From: Craspedostauros australis
Taxonomy: Eukaryota
NCBI GenBank assembly: GCA_030167865.1
Contig: JALAGF010005870.1
Coordinates: 1 to 46,463 of the forward strand
DNA length: 46,463 nt
Direction: 5' to 3'
A program made the position numbers and the translations under genes. Positions 1 through 12,200 of the stretch are shown one piece after another; positions within the stretch are counted from its first letter, which is position 1; each line of letters opens with the position of its first letter. The notes under the pieces are model-generated. The model was given only the letters and a program-made list of their open reading frames with translations. It ran no database searches and had not been told where the DNA came from.

Positions 1-550
1 TGTCTCAACGCCGTGTATTAAGTCCCGTTAAGGTAAGTCACGAGCTAGAAAAGTGAAAATCGGACAAAATGTTGGGTGTTCCAGCACCCAACCCAACATC
101 TAAAAGTGACTATCGGCGCGTTGTGATTGGGCAGCACAACAAATTGGGTCACGAACGTGACGAACAATAGACATTTTCCAATAGACGAGAAGGCGTTTGA
201 GCTCCTTCTTCACAAAACAACGCAGATGGCCGAGAAGGATCGTCGCTCACTGTCCATCACAACCATCGCACTATTCCCACCCCAGCGACAAGCGCCCACT
301 CCCCACCATGCCACACGTCAAGGTACCACTCTTGTGTGGCACTTCCATCCAAGCTATACATTCGAGCTACGATTGAGAATCGTCTCTCCTCCCTCTGGTG
401 TCATAAAATGCAAGAGGAAAGCAGCAGAATACCTCCTCTTCAGATCACACCATCTCTGCACTCGTGCGATACGACTACTACTACGAATAGGACCACGAAC
501 AGGACCACGAATAGGACCAGACCCATCTGCCAATCGCAACCACGAGCACG

Positions 551-3382
551 ATGAAGGACACCACAACGAGCGATGGTGACAAGGAGACTGGAAGTGATGG
601 CACCAACAGCGGCACCAACAGCGGCACCAACAGCGGCACCAACAGCGGCACCAACAGCGGCACCAACATCTGTGACAGTCGCAGTGGCGACATCGATGAG
701 CAAGCCACGGGAGACGGGAGCCCATCGATTGAAGTCGATGAGCTGCAACAGAACATGAGCACCACGGCCACCACCACCACCACGGTCGGTACCACGCTCA
801 GCAGCACTGGTAACACCAGCCCATCATGCGGTGAGAACAGCGGCAACGATGACGGGAAAGATGAAGCCAACAAGTCCAACATCTCCGTCCAGGATGAACC
901 GCCGAGGATCGCAGTGGGGATTCCAAGCGAAAAGAAGGAACGCCCGAAAGCAAACGAGAGTGGAAGCACGCGACGAAGTGAACTCCAAGAGCAACAGGTG
1001 AAGGACAAGTCGCGCGACTCGAAACTGAAGGATGCTGCTTCAGCAAACAACAACGAACCTTCAGGCAGCACCAATGGCGAGACATGCCTCGTCCCGTCCG
1101 CTGGAGTGGCCGTTGCTGTGATCGCCCATCGCGAAGAACGTGCCAATAGTTCTTTTGTTCGCAACAGCCGCTCAGCTCCTGGTACCATCCGACTCGCAGG
1201 CATGGGCGAGGAAGAGGGAGACGGGAACTATGCTCTGCACGGCATGACCCCCCAAGCGATCCGAATTGACGAAGAATCGACCTCTGGTTTGAGCACCCAC
1301 ATTAGCTCCGCGCAAACGGACATTACTCCACAACCACCGCCGCTGATGGCCGATGTATCTCGCACCGAGCGGGAAGACGAGGACGTTGAAAGTGGCGATC
1401 AAGTCTCAATTCATGCTCTCCTCGTCGACCCCAATCGGACCACGATCTCCGATGAGGAGAGAGCGCGTGTGGAGGCCAATGCTCGGAGGCGATTTCTGAT
1501 GGAGGCCACCGAGGCGCACGTCGTGGTGCAAGAGGCAGCGGTGGAGCCTGGCGCAGCCAAGAGGCCAACACAGGCTTCGACAAGTGAGAATCAACGACGA
1601 CAACGACAGCAACGGCGACGCATCTATTGTCTGGCGCTGTGCATCCTCGTCGGGATTGCCGCAATCGTTGCCATCACTGCCGCGGTGAGCGATGTCTTCA
1701 AATCGTCATCGTCTGATTCCAGCGCAGGCGATGCTGAAGATATCGCGTCCAATGCCGACCCAGGCAGCGAAGACGAGGTGACTGAAAAGCCCGATGCCTC
1801 ATCCTCAGCGACTCCCACCCCAGCGCCATCATCTCAACTGCCGACCCAAACTCCGACCCAAGCTCCGACCGAAAGGCCAACCCAACCACCACTGAGCGGA
1901 GACAACAGCCACTGCAACTCAGCGCATACACTCGAACTTGGGTATCACAACGCAATCACCGCAGCCTTCGTCGAAGAACATTTGCAGGAAATTCAATTCT
2001 TTGTTTGCGACAGGGATGCCCATGGCATCGGCACCAACCAAGACAGCCGGCCAGGCCTATGGTATCGTCACCGACCAGAGAAGAACATGGCACTGACAGC
2101 CCATGTATCGCATGGGTACGAGATGCAGGTGCTGCAAAAAGAACGAAACACAGTCAGTACGGAATGTTACTTCATACCCTGCGCCCCCACATCCATCACG
2201 AACAGGGACACCAACAGCGTTTCATGGCTAGGGATGGATGACAAGGACTACTACATTCTTGTCCTGCGACGGTTCGACACTGCCCAAGACGAGTTTTCGA
2301 CATTCGAGTTGAGCTTGTGGCACAACGATTTCTCGCTGTTCTCGTACGGTCCAATCACTATGGTCCCCGGTTCTGAAATAATATTGGTGGGATCCACCGA
2401 CCACCCTCCATCCTTGGCCGGCGGCTCTGTTGCGGACGCAAATGGCACCGGAGAAGAAGGCCCGGACCAGTTGCTCGACGCAAACTTCTCAGCGCTTGCC
2501 CCCTCGTGCGAGTCTGTTTTACCACAAAGCACCACCGGGGCCTGGTACGCTGTCAAGGGTACTGGCGGGGGAATATCAGCCTCGACCTGCGGTTTCGCTG
2601 ATTGGGACACCCAAATCTCCGTCTTTTCTTCCGACGTGGACCCACAACAAGTACCTGACCTCCACGCCCTGCCCACCAGCGAAACCAACTTGGAGATGCA
2701 CACAACCTCAATGCGTTGCGAGGCCGGGGACGACGACTCCTGCTTCTCCATGCAAGCTCGTGTCTCATGGTTGAGTGTTCAAGATCGGACGTACTACGTC
2801 CTGATCCACGGGAAGGGTGACGCGGTTGGAGATTTCCGCGTTTCCATCTCGGACTCCTCACTGGACACCAGCGGACTCGCCGGCGACTTTTGTGTCAATG
2901 CCATCGATGCCAACCGCGTAGTATACACCATCTCCGACGATCCAGGCGCTGGCGACAACGTCATCCCTGACGAAAATTTCACGAACGAAGATCAGTTACA
3001 GCGCGTGGAATTGGACATGGCAACGGAGGATGACGTTCCGAATCTCCCCGCATGCACCGATGATTTGGACATCCCGGTAGATCCAGGCCTGCCTACGGGT
3101 CTATGGCATAAAGTCGATGGCGATGGCAGCGTCTTCTCTTTCAAGGCGCCATGGTTCTCTCAGGATAGCAAGCCATCAGTGAACATCTCGCTCCTGAAGC
3201 ACCGCAGAGACCTGGGCGGCACCGGCTGTAGCAGGTTGGAATGCGTAACGATGGACTGCAAAGAGGGTTGCTCATGGCAAACGACCGAAGAGGATGTGTA
3301 CTATATCTACTCGTACCTTTTCCCTGATTTCGCATTTGATGAAAACAGCTTCATCTTCTACATCATCAGGTCGGAAACGTAG
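551..3382 (+). CDS. Type II single-pass membrane protein: long disordered N-terminus, TM helix, P/T-rich stalk, about three Cys/'G-x-WY' beta-sandwich-like extracellular repeats
   Basis: 943-aa ORF starting at ATG. The basic stretch RRQRQQRRR precedes hydrophobic IYCLALCILVGIAAIVAITAAV (~1622-1687). A stalk PTQTPTQAPTERPTQPP follows. Repeat motifs PGLWY, TGAWY and TGLWH are each followed by C..W..YY(I/V). Confidence 0.8.
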   Translation: MKDTTTSDGDKETGSDGTNSGTNSGTNSGTNSGTNSGTNICDSRSGDIDEQATGDGSPSIEVDELQQNMSTTATTTTTVGTTLSSTGNTSPSCGENSGNDDGKDEANKSNISVQDEPPRIAVGIPSEKKERPKANESGSTRRSELQEQQVKDKSRDSKLKDAASANNNEPSGSTNGETCLVPSAGVAVAVIAHREERANSSFVRNSRSAPGTIRLAGMGEEEGDGNYALHGMTPQAIRIDEESTSGLSTHISSAQTDITPQPPPLMADVSRTEREDEDVESGDQVSIHALLVDPNRTTISDEERARVEANARRRFLMEATEAHVVVQEAAVEPGAAKRPTQASTSENQRRQRQQRRRIYCLALCILVGIAAIVAITAAVSDVFKSSSSDSSAGDAEDIASNADPGSEDEVTEKPDASSSATPTPAPSSQLPTQTPTQAPTERPTQPPLSGDNSHCNSAHTLELGYHNAITAAFVEEHLQEIQFFVCDRDAHGIGTNQDSRPGLWYRHRPEKNMALTAHVSHGYEMQVLQKERNTVSTECYFIPCAPTSITNRDTNSVSWLGMDDKDYYILVLRRFDTAQDEFSTFELSLWHNDFSLFSYGPITMVPGSEIILVGSTDHPPSLAGGSVADANGTGEEGPDQLLDANFSALAPSCESVLPQSTTGAWYAVKGTGGGISASTCGFADWDTQISVFSSDVDPQQVPDLHALPTSETNLEMHTTSMRCEAGDDDSCFSMQARVSWLSVQDRTYYVLIHGKGDAVGDFRVSISDSSLDTSGLAGDFCVNAIDANRVVYTISDDPGAGDNVIPDENFTNEDQLQRVELDMATEDDVPNLPACTDDLDIPVDPGLPTGLWHKVDGDGSVFSFKAPWFSQDSKPSVNISLLKHRRDLGGTGCSRLECVTMDCKEGCSWQTTEEDVYYIYSYLFPDFAFDENSFIFYIIRSET
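599..669 (+). repeat. 12-bp tandem repeat (GGCACCAACAGC) x~6 encoding (GTNS)n
   Basis: Directly visible, in frame within the N-terminus of the 551 CDS. Confidence 0.95.
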
Positions 3383-3812
3383 ACGACCTTCAGTGTCCCA
3401 GTTCATGCTGCTACTACGACTACTCTCTCTTTCTTTGGAGAGAACATGGCACTAATACATATGTAAGCACGCATTTGATGTCAAATTATACTAGATGTAC
3501 GAGTACTCCGTTGTATTATATTGCTTCTCTGAGGAGTCGTGTGTCTACGTTTTGTGTCAGCTCCCATACTCACCACAACAAGCGTCAATGCCAAACCTCG
3601 ATCCTTGGATCGCCGGCAGGGACTGGTGCTGAAGGATTAGTATGGTACACAATGCGAATACTCCATGCGTACTCGTTCGACAGTTCGACGAAAGCAACTA
3701 CAGCAGCAACGCGACTGCAACTCTGTTAGCCGCAAAAAGGGCGCGCGCCGTTGTGTGCGGAGAACGAAACGTTGGTGTCACCGGTCGTCTTACTCGCAGC
3801 AACATTCTCCGG

Positions 3813-5384
3813 TTACGATTCATCACGATGCCTCAGCATCGAACGTAGCAATGCGTCGATGGCGGGTCCGCCGGTCTGGGATGTCGTGGTTGTGGACGTT
3901 GCTGTTGACAGTGCGGATTCTTTGTACGCCCAACAAATGATCAAACCATCGTCACAGGAGAAGGCAGGATCGCTGATCAGCCACGAGTTTTGAATTCGAT
4001 ATGTGGAACCATCCGATGCCACCCGAGGAGATGCGAATGCATCATCCCATCGTCGTCTCGCCTGATCCGGTGTAAGGATGTGCATAGCTTGCATGGGGAA
4101 TTGGGGTACGCGAGCAGTGGCATGCTTCCTGGATGCTTTCGTTTCATGTTGGCCCATCTGTTGCTGCCGCCTTCGTTGTTTGGACAGCGACATTGATCCC
4201 ATGTCCAAATCCAGCGCGGCGCATACACTTCGGCTTGGCTGCGTGGAAATATGGGCGTGCAAGTGCGATTGGGTCGGAGCCTGCGAGATTGTAAGGATCT
4301 GATTGCTCGCTTCCATCGTGGCCGCAAGACTGCGCAGGGTCGCCCTGTCGTTGGGATTGCAGCCTCTCAGTCGACCGTATGGAGGCATTGGTACAATGGT
4401 GCTGGGCTTCATCGACCATCGTACTGTTGTCGAGCGCGGTGCTGACAGAAATGGTGATGATGACGATGATGGATGGAAGGACGACGATGGGGCAAATTGT
4501 GGCGACAGATGCTGGAAGGCTGCATTCCACAGTTCCATCGTTCTTTCCAACGCACACCTGATGGCCCTGTGCCCATCTTTGTGCGAAGTCCATTGTTCTG
4601 ACACTGCGACTGACACGATCACGCGGATACAATTGCCTTGATGGTGTTCGGGCGTAGGCCGTTGCGCGCGCTGTGCGGTTGGCTGATCCGCTCCGATGAT
4701 CGATGAATCCAGCCACAGCGATCCGCATCCAACCGCAGACTCGACAGCGCTGCCGAGAGCACGGCTTTGTCGAGGTGAAGTAGGCGGACTTCCATTTCCG
4801 TTCTCATGCGCTCGGACCGGGACCAGCGCTTGGTGGTTGTGGGAGGTATGGAGCCGGGTTCTGCGGATATACCTCATGTACAGAACATGTTTGGTCATTG
4901 CTGATATCATCCTGGTTTGATGCCGCAACCGTGATTGTTCGTCTGCAACGCTGTCCGTGAATGCATTCGTTGCAGCTGCAGCAAGGCTTCCGGATGAATG
5001 CGGGCTCAGATGGGATGGATCCGACGTGCCAGTATCGCCATCCATCCCCACCGGCACGCGCAGCATGTGGCAGACAGCCTTGTAAAACGGAGCATGCTCG
5101 GGCACGAGATGCGCCGGTCTGACTGAATCTGCGCCGCGCTGAGAATTGGCAGCAGTTTTCAGCAGCACTTCGCAGGCCGCGTCGCGGTGTTTGCGGCTGC
5201 TCCCAAATGCCGCCCAGATCCTGGGGAGCACCTGGACGGGGCAGTACGTGGCAAGGATCGCAGCGAAGATGTCGTTCGGCACCATGCACAGCACGCAGCG
5301 GCAGCACAGTTCACCCGACATGTCTCCGATGCTCGCCGCATGAGTGTCGAGTGGTGCGGAGGCTGGTGGTGGTGACGGAGTCAT
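3813..5384 (-). CDS. Hypothetical protein with N-terminal F-box-like motif
   Basis: Long ORF; first ATG at 5384 (MTPSPPP). LCMVPNDIFAAILATYCPVQVLPRIW (5214-5291) resembles the F-box pattern L..LP.E(I/L)...IL.(S)YL....L. The rest is unrecognised. Confidence 0.6.
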   Translation of the reverse strand: MTPSPPPASAPLDTHAASIGDMSGELCCRCVLCMVPNDIFAAILATYCPVQVLPRIWAAFGSSRKHRDAACEVLLKTAANSQRGADSVRPAHLVPEHAPFYKAVCHMLRVPVGMDGDTGTSDPSHLSPHSSGSLAAAATNAFTDSVADEQSRLRHQTRMISAMTKHVLYMRYIRRTRLHTSHNHQALVPVRAHENGNGSPPTSPRQSRALGSAVESAVGCGSLWLDSSIIGADQPTAQRAQRPTPEHHQGNCIRVIVSVAVSEQWTSHKDGHRAIRCALERTMELWNAAFQHLSPQFAPSSSFHPSSSSSPFLSAPRSTTVRWSMKPSTIVPMPPYGRLRGCNPNDRATLRSLAATMEASNQILTISQAPTQSHLHAHISTQPSRSVCAALDLDMGSMSLSKQRRRQQQMGQHETKASRKHATARVPQFPMQAMHILTPDQARRRWDDAFASPRVASDGSTYRIQNSWLISDPAFSCDDGLIICWAYKESALSTATSTTTTSQTGGPAIDALLRSMLRHRDES

Positions 5385-6002
5385 CTGTTTCCGTGTGGAA
5401 AGGTTGCGCGACCGGAGTAGCTCGTGCGAGTAGAGCAGTTGCTTGTGTGTGCGTTGGGATATGCTTGTTTGGTAGAGTCCTTGTTGCGAAGAGAGCACTC
5501 TGCATGAATTGGCCTTTCACACTGAATAGATATATATATAAATATATTATGGTACCCATGACGCTAAAGCATCGTATTCATTGCATTCTCTCCGTGATGT
5601 TCAAATGGTGGGGATATCAGTCTCTGGCGTCGTCATCGCCATCGCCGATCTTTTCTCATCGTGATGTGTCAGGCATCACTAACATGGATCTTGTTCGTGG
5701 ACTGTTTGCACAACCATGGAAGGACGCACTTTTTTGAAGGACACTCTAAATACGATGGTTAGTTCCCTGTCGCACAACTCCCAACCATCCCACACTCACA
5801 ACATGAGGCAAGTCCCAGCTGACCGACCCTCCAGAAGAACCTCCATGCGGGTGCTTGTTGAGGTGCGGGTATCAAGACCGACATTATAACCAACGTCGCC
5901 ATCGCCATCGACATCGACATCGGCATCAACATTGAACCGAATGTTCAAAGGAGTGACGTGCGGAGCAGGTCATCTGCTCACGTTGTGGATTCTCGGGGGG
6001 TG

Positions 6003-8172
6003 ATGAACGCATCCAGCATCTGCCACCAGGTGGAGGGATGTCCTGGGCTGTTCATCGATGCCTTCAAGGGGACGTATCTGCAAAGAACCAGGATCAGCGG
6101 CAACACCTTCATACTGAGTGAGTCCATGACTCTGTCGAGTATATAGTAGAATATTATATACTATTCCATAACATAATATATAATGTGAGAGATGCGTGGA
6201 TGTGCAGATGGTACTGATAAAGATAATGATGTTGCCATGGACGTTGCACCAACAGATTCTCTCGAATCCATTTGCCGGTTGTGATCTTCCGTTGTTGACA
6301 TCACCCCGGCGACGTCGCCGCTCCAACTTTCACCATGCATCTGACTCTCGCTTGCGGATCATCAATTCGACCCAACAACCTTGCTATTCCAATGGTAAAG
6401 CTCACTACCATGGCGATCACTACGGAAGCTTGCCTCGTGCCAACAGGTACCAAGGGCCGGCCATGATTCACTGCACAACGCTGACAGCCGCGCTGCTCAA
6501 AACGATCCATGAGGTTCCATCCAACTTCATTGTGCCGCACGAATACGGGGAAACGTTCACCATCTCACAATGTGGAAAGGTCGACTCGGCTGACGCATCT
6601 AACACGGCAAAGACAAATGTGGCCGCGGGAGACGTCCATATCACTTTCTACGACGCAAACCACTGTCCAGGAGCAGCCATCGTACTCATCGACTCTTCAG
6701 ATAATTCCATCACGCATTTGCACTGCGGTGATATGCGGTATCATCCCAAGATGAAGTCATACCCGCTGCTCAGAGCAGCCATCCAGGAACGCAGGTTGGG
6801 CACGTTGTACTTGGATTCGACGTATGGTCATCCCAAGCACGACTTCTGTGCTCAGCCCGAAGCAATCGAATCGATCGCATCGGAGTGCGCACGTCTTCTT
6901 GCAGAAACGAAACCATCGCCAAATGCTGACGCGACACCACCGAAGACGTTGATCATGCTATCGTGCTACTCGATCGGCAAAGAGAAGGTGCTGTGGGAGG
7001 CATCCAAGCAAACGAACCAAAAGATATACGTCACGCAAAAGAAATGGAACATGCTGGAGTGCGTGCAAGATCATTCCCGTGATGAGTTATCGCAGATACT
7101 CTCCCGGTGCACACTCGATGCATCGCAAAGCGACATCCATACCATCCCCATGGGGCTGGCAGGCGAAATCTGGCCATTCTTCCGTCCCAACTTCATCAAG
7201 TGTGCAGACTATGCACGCAAGCTGGACACGCGATATGACCGAGTCGTCGCATTCCTCCCCACCGGCTGGGCGAATGCTTCCAACTACAATAGGAAAAATG
7301 CCATCTGCAAGAAACGAGTGACGCATGATATGCTCTCGCAGTGCGCCGATGGAGAGGATGAGGAAGCAGATGCAGAAACAGATACAGATACAGATACAGG
7401 TATCGATATCGATATCGAGGTGCGATTGATCAGCTACTCGGAGCATTCCGCTTTCCCGGAGCTTGTGGATTTTGTCCAGTATTGCTCGCCGCAACGTGTG
7501 GTACCCACCGTCTTCAGCGATGACAACGACTATCGCAAGATCTTGGAGCATTTCAAGAAGTACGTGGATTCCACCCGCGCCAAGCAGTCCTTCATCCGGT
7601 CCATGTTCAAGACGTCGAGCAGTCTTGCATCGAAAAGAGAATCAGATGTAGTTGCAGTCACCATGGCCAGAAGCGAGAGCATTCATAGCAACGAAGATCG
7701 CGAACTGACCAAGCGCGCCGCACCTTCTCGCGGCTCATTCGATGGCGACACAGCTCCAAAACATTCGGCACGCAGCAGTCTGAACGCCATTGGCTCCGCC
7801 GCAAATGACGTCGTCGATCTGGTTACCGCAGCGCAACAGCTTGAACCCGCGAAGAAGAAGCGCAGCGCGAGGTATGAGAATGAGATCAAGGCGCTCGTTG
7901 GCATGGGCTTTCCACCTTTCGCAGTCGAACGAATCGTGATGCAGGAGAATGGATCAGTCGAGAGATCGCTCGGCCGTTTGCTTGCGCAAAATGAAGGAAC
8001 GGAGTCGTGTGCGTGGCATACCATCACTGACAACCATTCAACGCGCAATCAACGGCCAGACCGTTCCGCCAACGAGGCAACTGCAAAGTCAAGCAGGGCA
8101 ACAAAGGCGAAAGGCAACAGATCGACGACCAAGAGTCTGATCACTGGTTACTTTGGACGCAAGACGCATTGA
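6003..8172 (+). CDS. SNM1/DCLRE1-family (beta-CASP metallo-beta-lactamase) DNA cross-link repair nuclease with C-terminal UBA domain; exons 6003-6117 and 6401-8172
   Basis: Splicing GTGAGT (6118) to ..AAAG (6400) rebuilds FILTHYHGDHYG (HxHxDH). Other family motifs: ANHCPGA, HCGDMR, LYLDSTY, YSIGKE, PTGW, YSEHS. UBA-like IKALVGMGF...ENGSVERSLGRLL. The start codon is inferred. Confidence 0.9.
6118..6400 (+). other. Spliceosomal intron (283 nt, phase 1)
   Basis: GTGAGT donor, AG acceptor, AT-rich interior with a stop codon. Removal restores the catalytic motif. Confidence 0.88.
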
Positions 8173-9223
8173 ATCTCCTTCGAGCATCCCTTTGCATTGC
8201 GAGCTCGACAGTATTGGGGCATTGAGTTGTATCATGTTACATAATATTATATTGCATTATAATATTGAACACAACAGAGCAGAAAAGGATAGAAGATCAT
8301 GCAATATTATAGAATATTATAGAATAGAATAGATCACAACAACATTTGAGTCGAATACGAGCTAAAGCATGGTAGAGTATGACTAATACAGATGGATTGC
8401 AAGGCACGAGTGCGATACGATTCCCCATTCTAAAGATCTTGTTCCTCTTGCCGCTCGCGTAGCAGGGAGACTTGTCTGTCTCCGCGATGAGGGAGGACAG
8501 GCTATGAGCATCCGGAGGTCACCCAGGAGTCGAACGGCATGTCACATGTCCGTCGTGTCGCGGCTTGTCTCACATCAAGAAGCTCTGCGATTTTACGTAC
8601 TTGCAGCCTGTCACACTCGGAATTCAAACTGCCGAGGAAACGTCGCTGCGGACAAAATAGAGGCACAAAGTGCGTTTCGCCGATGGATTCATGCGTTATA
8701 AACCGTTAACATGGCCTCCTCTCACTTTCCAATGATGTGACCAATGCACGGGGCGAACAAGGGAGGCACCAAAAATGAGACTGGCTTCACTTGGAGCAGA
8801 ACACCACAACAAATGCACGCTGTGGCGTCCTGTATCACCTGCCCTGCCATACCTGCGAATGCATACAGCCACGAGGTGCTCAATAGTCGTATCCTCTGAT
8901 ACCAGCACGATACCCGAGCCACAAGAGAGACGGAAAGTGGCCTGTGGCAGCAACCTCAATAGCAACCTCAATAGCAACGACAGTGAGAGCAATTCATCTG
9001 GAGTACCTTCAAGTCTGTGTGTGTATGGTACGTGCGCAGTGCCGAGCATTGCACCTTCTCCATTTGCACTCGAAACAGCCACACCGCACACGCACCGACA
9101 ATCGCTCGTGGTCGTTACGGCTTCAACCGCATCCGAAAGAACATCCGAAGTTGCGTACTATAGTACTCGTACAAGGAGAGAGAAAGAGAGAAAGAGATTC
9201 AGACAAGTGCGTGATTGGCAACG

Positions 9224-12200
9224 ATGAAGCCTTCCCTTGACACAGCAGAGCAACGGCAGCAGCAACAACGCTGGCATCAACACAAGCAGATCGTAGATGA
9301 CACGAATGCCATGACCGGCGGCGTGGAAGTGACGAAGACGATATCGTTGGAAGCGTTGGAGTTGGCACTGCCCCGAATGGACGGCGAGGCGGTCGATGCC
9401 ACCGCTGCTACCACTTTGGCAACGTCGCCAATGAAGGGTCAGCGATTGTCCAAGATGCAGAGGGAATCGCCGCGGAGGATGCTTCGATCAACGAAGCCCA
9501 CTCTCAGTATCTCCACCTCTTCATCGATCGATGATGATGGCAGTGGCATCGATGTCAATGTGCTTGGTAGCACCCAGAACCAAAAACAAAGCCCTGCCAT
9601 CATCTTCAACACGAGATCCGCAGATGGGAGGCCCAACGATCAGAGCCTCGCCTTCGCCTCCGATATCGCCAAAAAGGCGTTGAACTCGGCGCGTATGCGC
9701 AGACTGCAACTGCAGGAGGAGCAGATCGAGTCGAGGCAGCTGTCGTTTCAGTACACATCATTTTCGTCATCAGATTACGGAAAAGAACGTGTGGGAGCAA
9801 CCGCATTGGCATCGGGATCGAGCATGGGAGAAGAGAAGAAGTTGGATCGGTGCGAAACACTAGATAGTTCAACAGCCATGCCGATGACCGCTGCCAATCG
9901 CATCACAAAGAATGAAGTTGTGTCTTCCAAGTTGCTGGATGCCAAGACAAGTGCCATCCTTGCCGAAGCTCAGCGCGCTTCCTCCCGTGGAGTCAACCTC
10001 CGCCTTGTGCACTCCGTGACAACTCCTCACAGCATGCCGCGTTCCAGCATCAGCAGAGCATCGAGCATGCAATCAACGACCACTGCAACACCACCGTCCG
10101 CTGTGGCAAAGCCAGTATCGGTGCTTCGACCTGGAACTCCCACTTCCATCACTGGCACTAGTGCTAGGAATGGGGACAACGAGCTGAACATTCGCGCAGC
10201 CCAAATCCTCAAAGAAGCTCGCGCCGTGGTGCACGAGCGACGCACGAACGCGTCCTTGGCGGATGTGGAGAAGGCTTCGGAGAGTTCCGACGGATCGACT
10301 TCCACTGATCACGATAGCGAGCAATGCAACGGTGATGATGCATCGTCAGATGCGCCTGTTGAGGTGACAGCGAATTTTAACAATGGCAACGGCGTCACCG
10401 TTGGCGACGTCATTGTGCAACATCCGGGTGATGCTCTCGATGACTTCTTAACATTGGCAGAACAACGCAGCAAGGAGGCCGCGGCTGAAGCAGTTCGTGA
10501 TGTGCCCAATGAATATCAATTCCGATCCACCAAAGACGTGCTCCGAATGGCTTCCGGCGTGCTCAACGCCCCAAGCACGGCCGCTGCTGCGGTTGGGCTT
10601 CCGCTCACTCCATCGCCATCCAAAATCATGAGAATGGGAAGCGATGGTCACCCTCTGACGAAGAGCCCGGTTCCCGCCCATGACCAGGCAGAGAAAGGAA
10701 CCCAAAACTCTCTCAGCCCAACCAGCAGCGATGTGGGATCGTTCGACGATTACGAAATGGCCATTGGCAAGATCGCTGACAAGCTCGACAAAGGCCACAA
10801 GCTATCTCGGGAGAAGATTTTGAAGCGAATAGATGGTATGCCATCACCTCATCCGCACGACAAGCCTCAGCACGACGAACTGCTTGCCACATCTACCGAC
10901 GGAAGCATGAGTGTTCCTGTCAAAAAAGTTGTCGTGCAGGAGGTTGTGGCACGGACCGCACAGCGGGAGGCTACCAACAGATACCAGCAGCAGCAACTGC
11001 AACAACAGCAGCAGCAACACGGTGCGTTCAGCTTCTTGAACTATATTTGGGGAAGCGGTCAGACCCCGTCCAAGGTCAATGACTTGGATATCATCAACCC
11101 GCTGTCTTGCGGCCCTGTATCCGACAGACCGCCGGCGATGGCGACATCCATTGTTCGGGTAAAGAGCGAAGACACTGGCTTCGCGGAGGCCGTCAACAAG
11201 ATGCAGGCAGACCCACGCATGCCGGACTGGTTTAACAACCAGCTTGTCATCCAAAACGAGCTGCCGGCTGGCAGCGTCTACCATCTTGGCGATTCCAAAA
11301 CGGTCATCGTCCACGAAATCCAGCGCGGTAACTGGACGTGGTGCACGGCATGGTCACCGGATGGCAAGTACCTGGCCATGGCGACGGAGAATCATCATCT
11401 CTCCGTGGTTGACGCGACAACTTCGGCGGTTTGGAGAGTGCATCACGACAAGAGAGCCAATGGCCCCGGGAAGAAGGACACCACGCACACCGTGCGATCC
11501 ATCGCCTGGGGACATCAATTCATTGCCATCGGAGGCACCGGTGACGCCGTGTCCATCCTCGCACCCACAGAGCCCTACCCCCTTCTGCACACCATCAAGG
11601 ATACGGGCTTTGTGGATTCTTTGGACTGGCTGATGGACTCCAACACATTGCTCATCGGCAGTCGCAATGGAAAGGCAACGATCGTCAAGGTCTGGGCTCG
11701 TGACGACTTGTCCCCTGGCGGGCCCATCAAACAACGGATGAAGGAAATCGATGCCAAGGAACTTCACACGATCGATCGAGGGCCTGCGTGGGTCAATGTA
11801 GCAAAGTTCAGCCCGGCGGGCCGAGCGCTTGCGGTGGCGGATAGCGAGGGCATCCTTAGCATCCATAGCTACGCAGCCAAGTCCGATGACTCCGTGAAGC
11901 TGAACAACGTGGCGAATTTCAAGCTGGAAGATTCCATCCTCAGTCTCGACTGGTCGGCGAACGGGAAATGGCTCTACAGCGGCGGCGAAGACTTCGCCAT
12001 CACGATCATCAACACAGAGCGATGGGAGGCCATCCACAGGATCAAACGGGATTGCTGGGTGCAGTTCATCGCCTCCTCGGCAAGCGGAACGCACGTCGCG
12101 GTGGGTGGTGTGTCGTCCGAAGTGTCAATCCTGGGCGTGGAGGTTGGCTGGGACACCATTCTCAATGTAGGACTCAAGGGACTGGTTCCGCTGTCTGCGC

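Noticed and set aside
484..669. 12-bp tandem repeats as a possible CRISPR-like array
   Set aside because: No spacers; simple minisatellites in a eukaryotic UTR and CDS.
6196..6400. N-terminal 68 aa of the 658-aa ORF-track protein
   Set aside because: Intronic; the spliced model restores the THxHxDH context.
8504..9223. Short ORFs upstream of the WD40 gene
   Set aside because: No coding signature or motifs; consistent with promoter and 5' UTR sequence.
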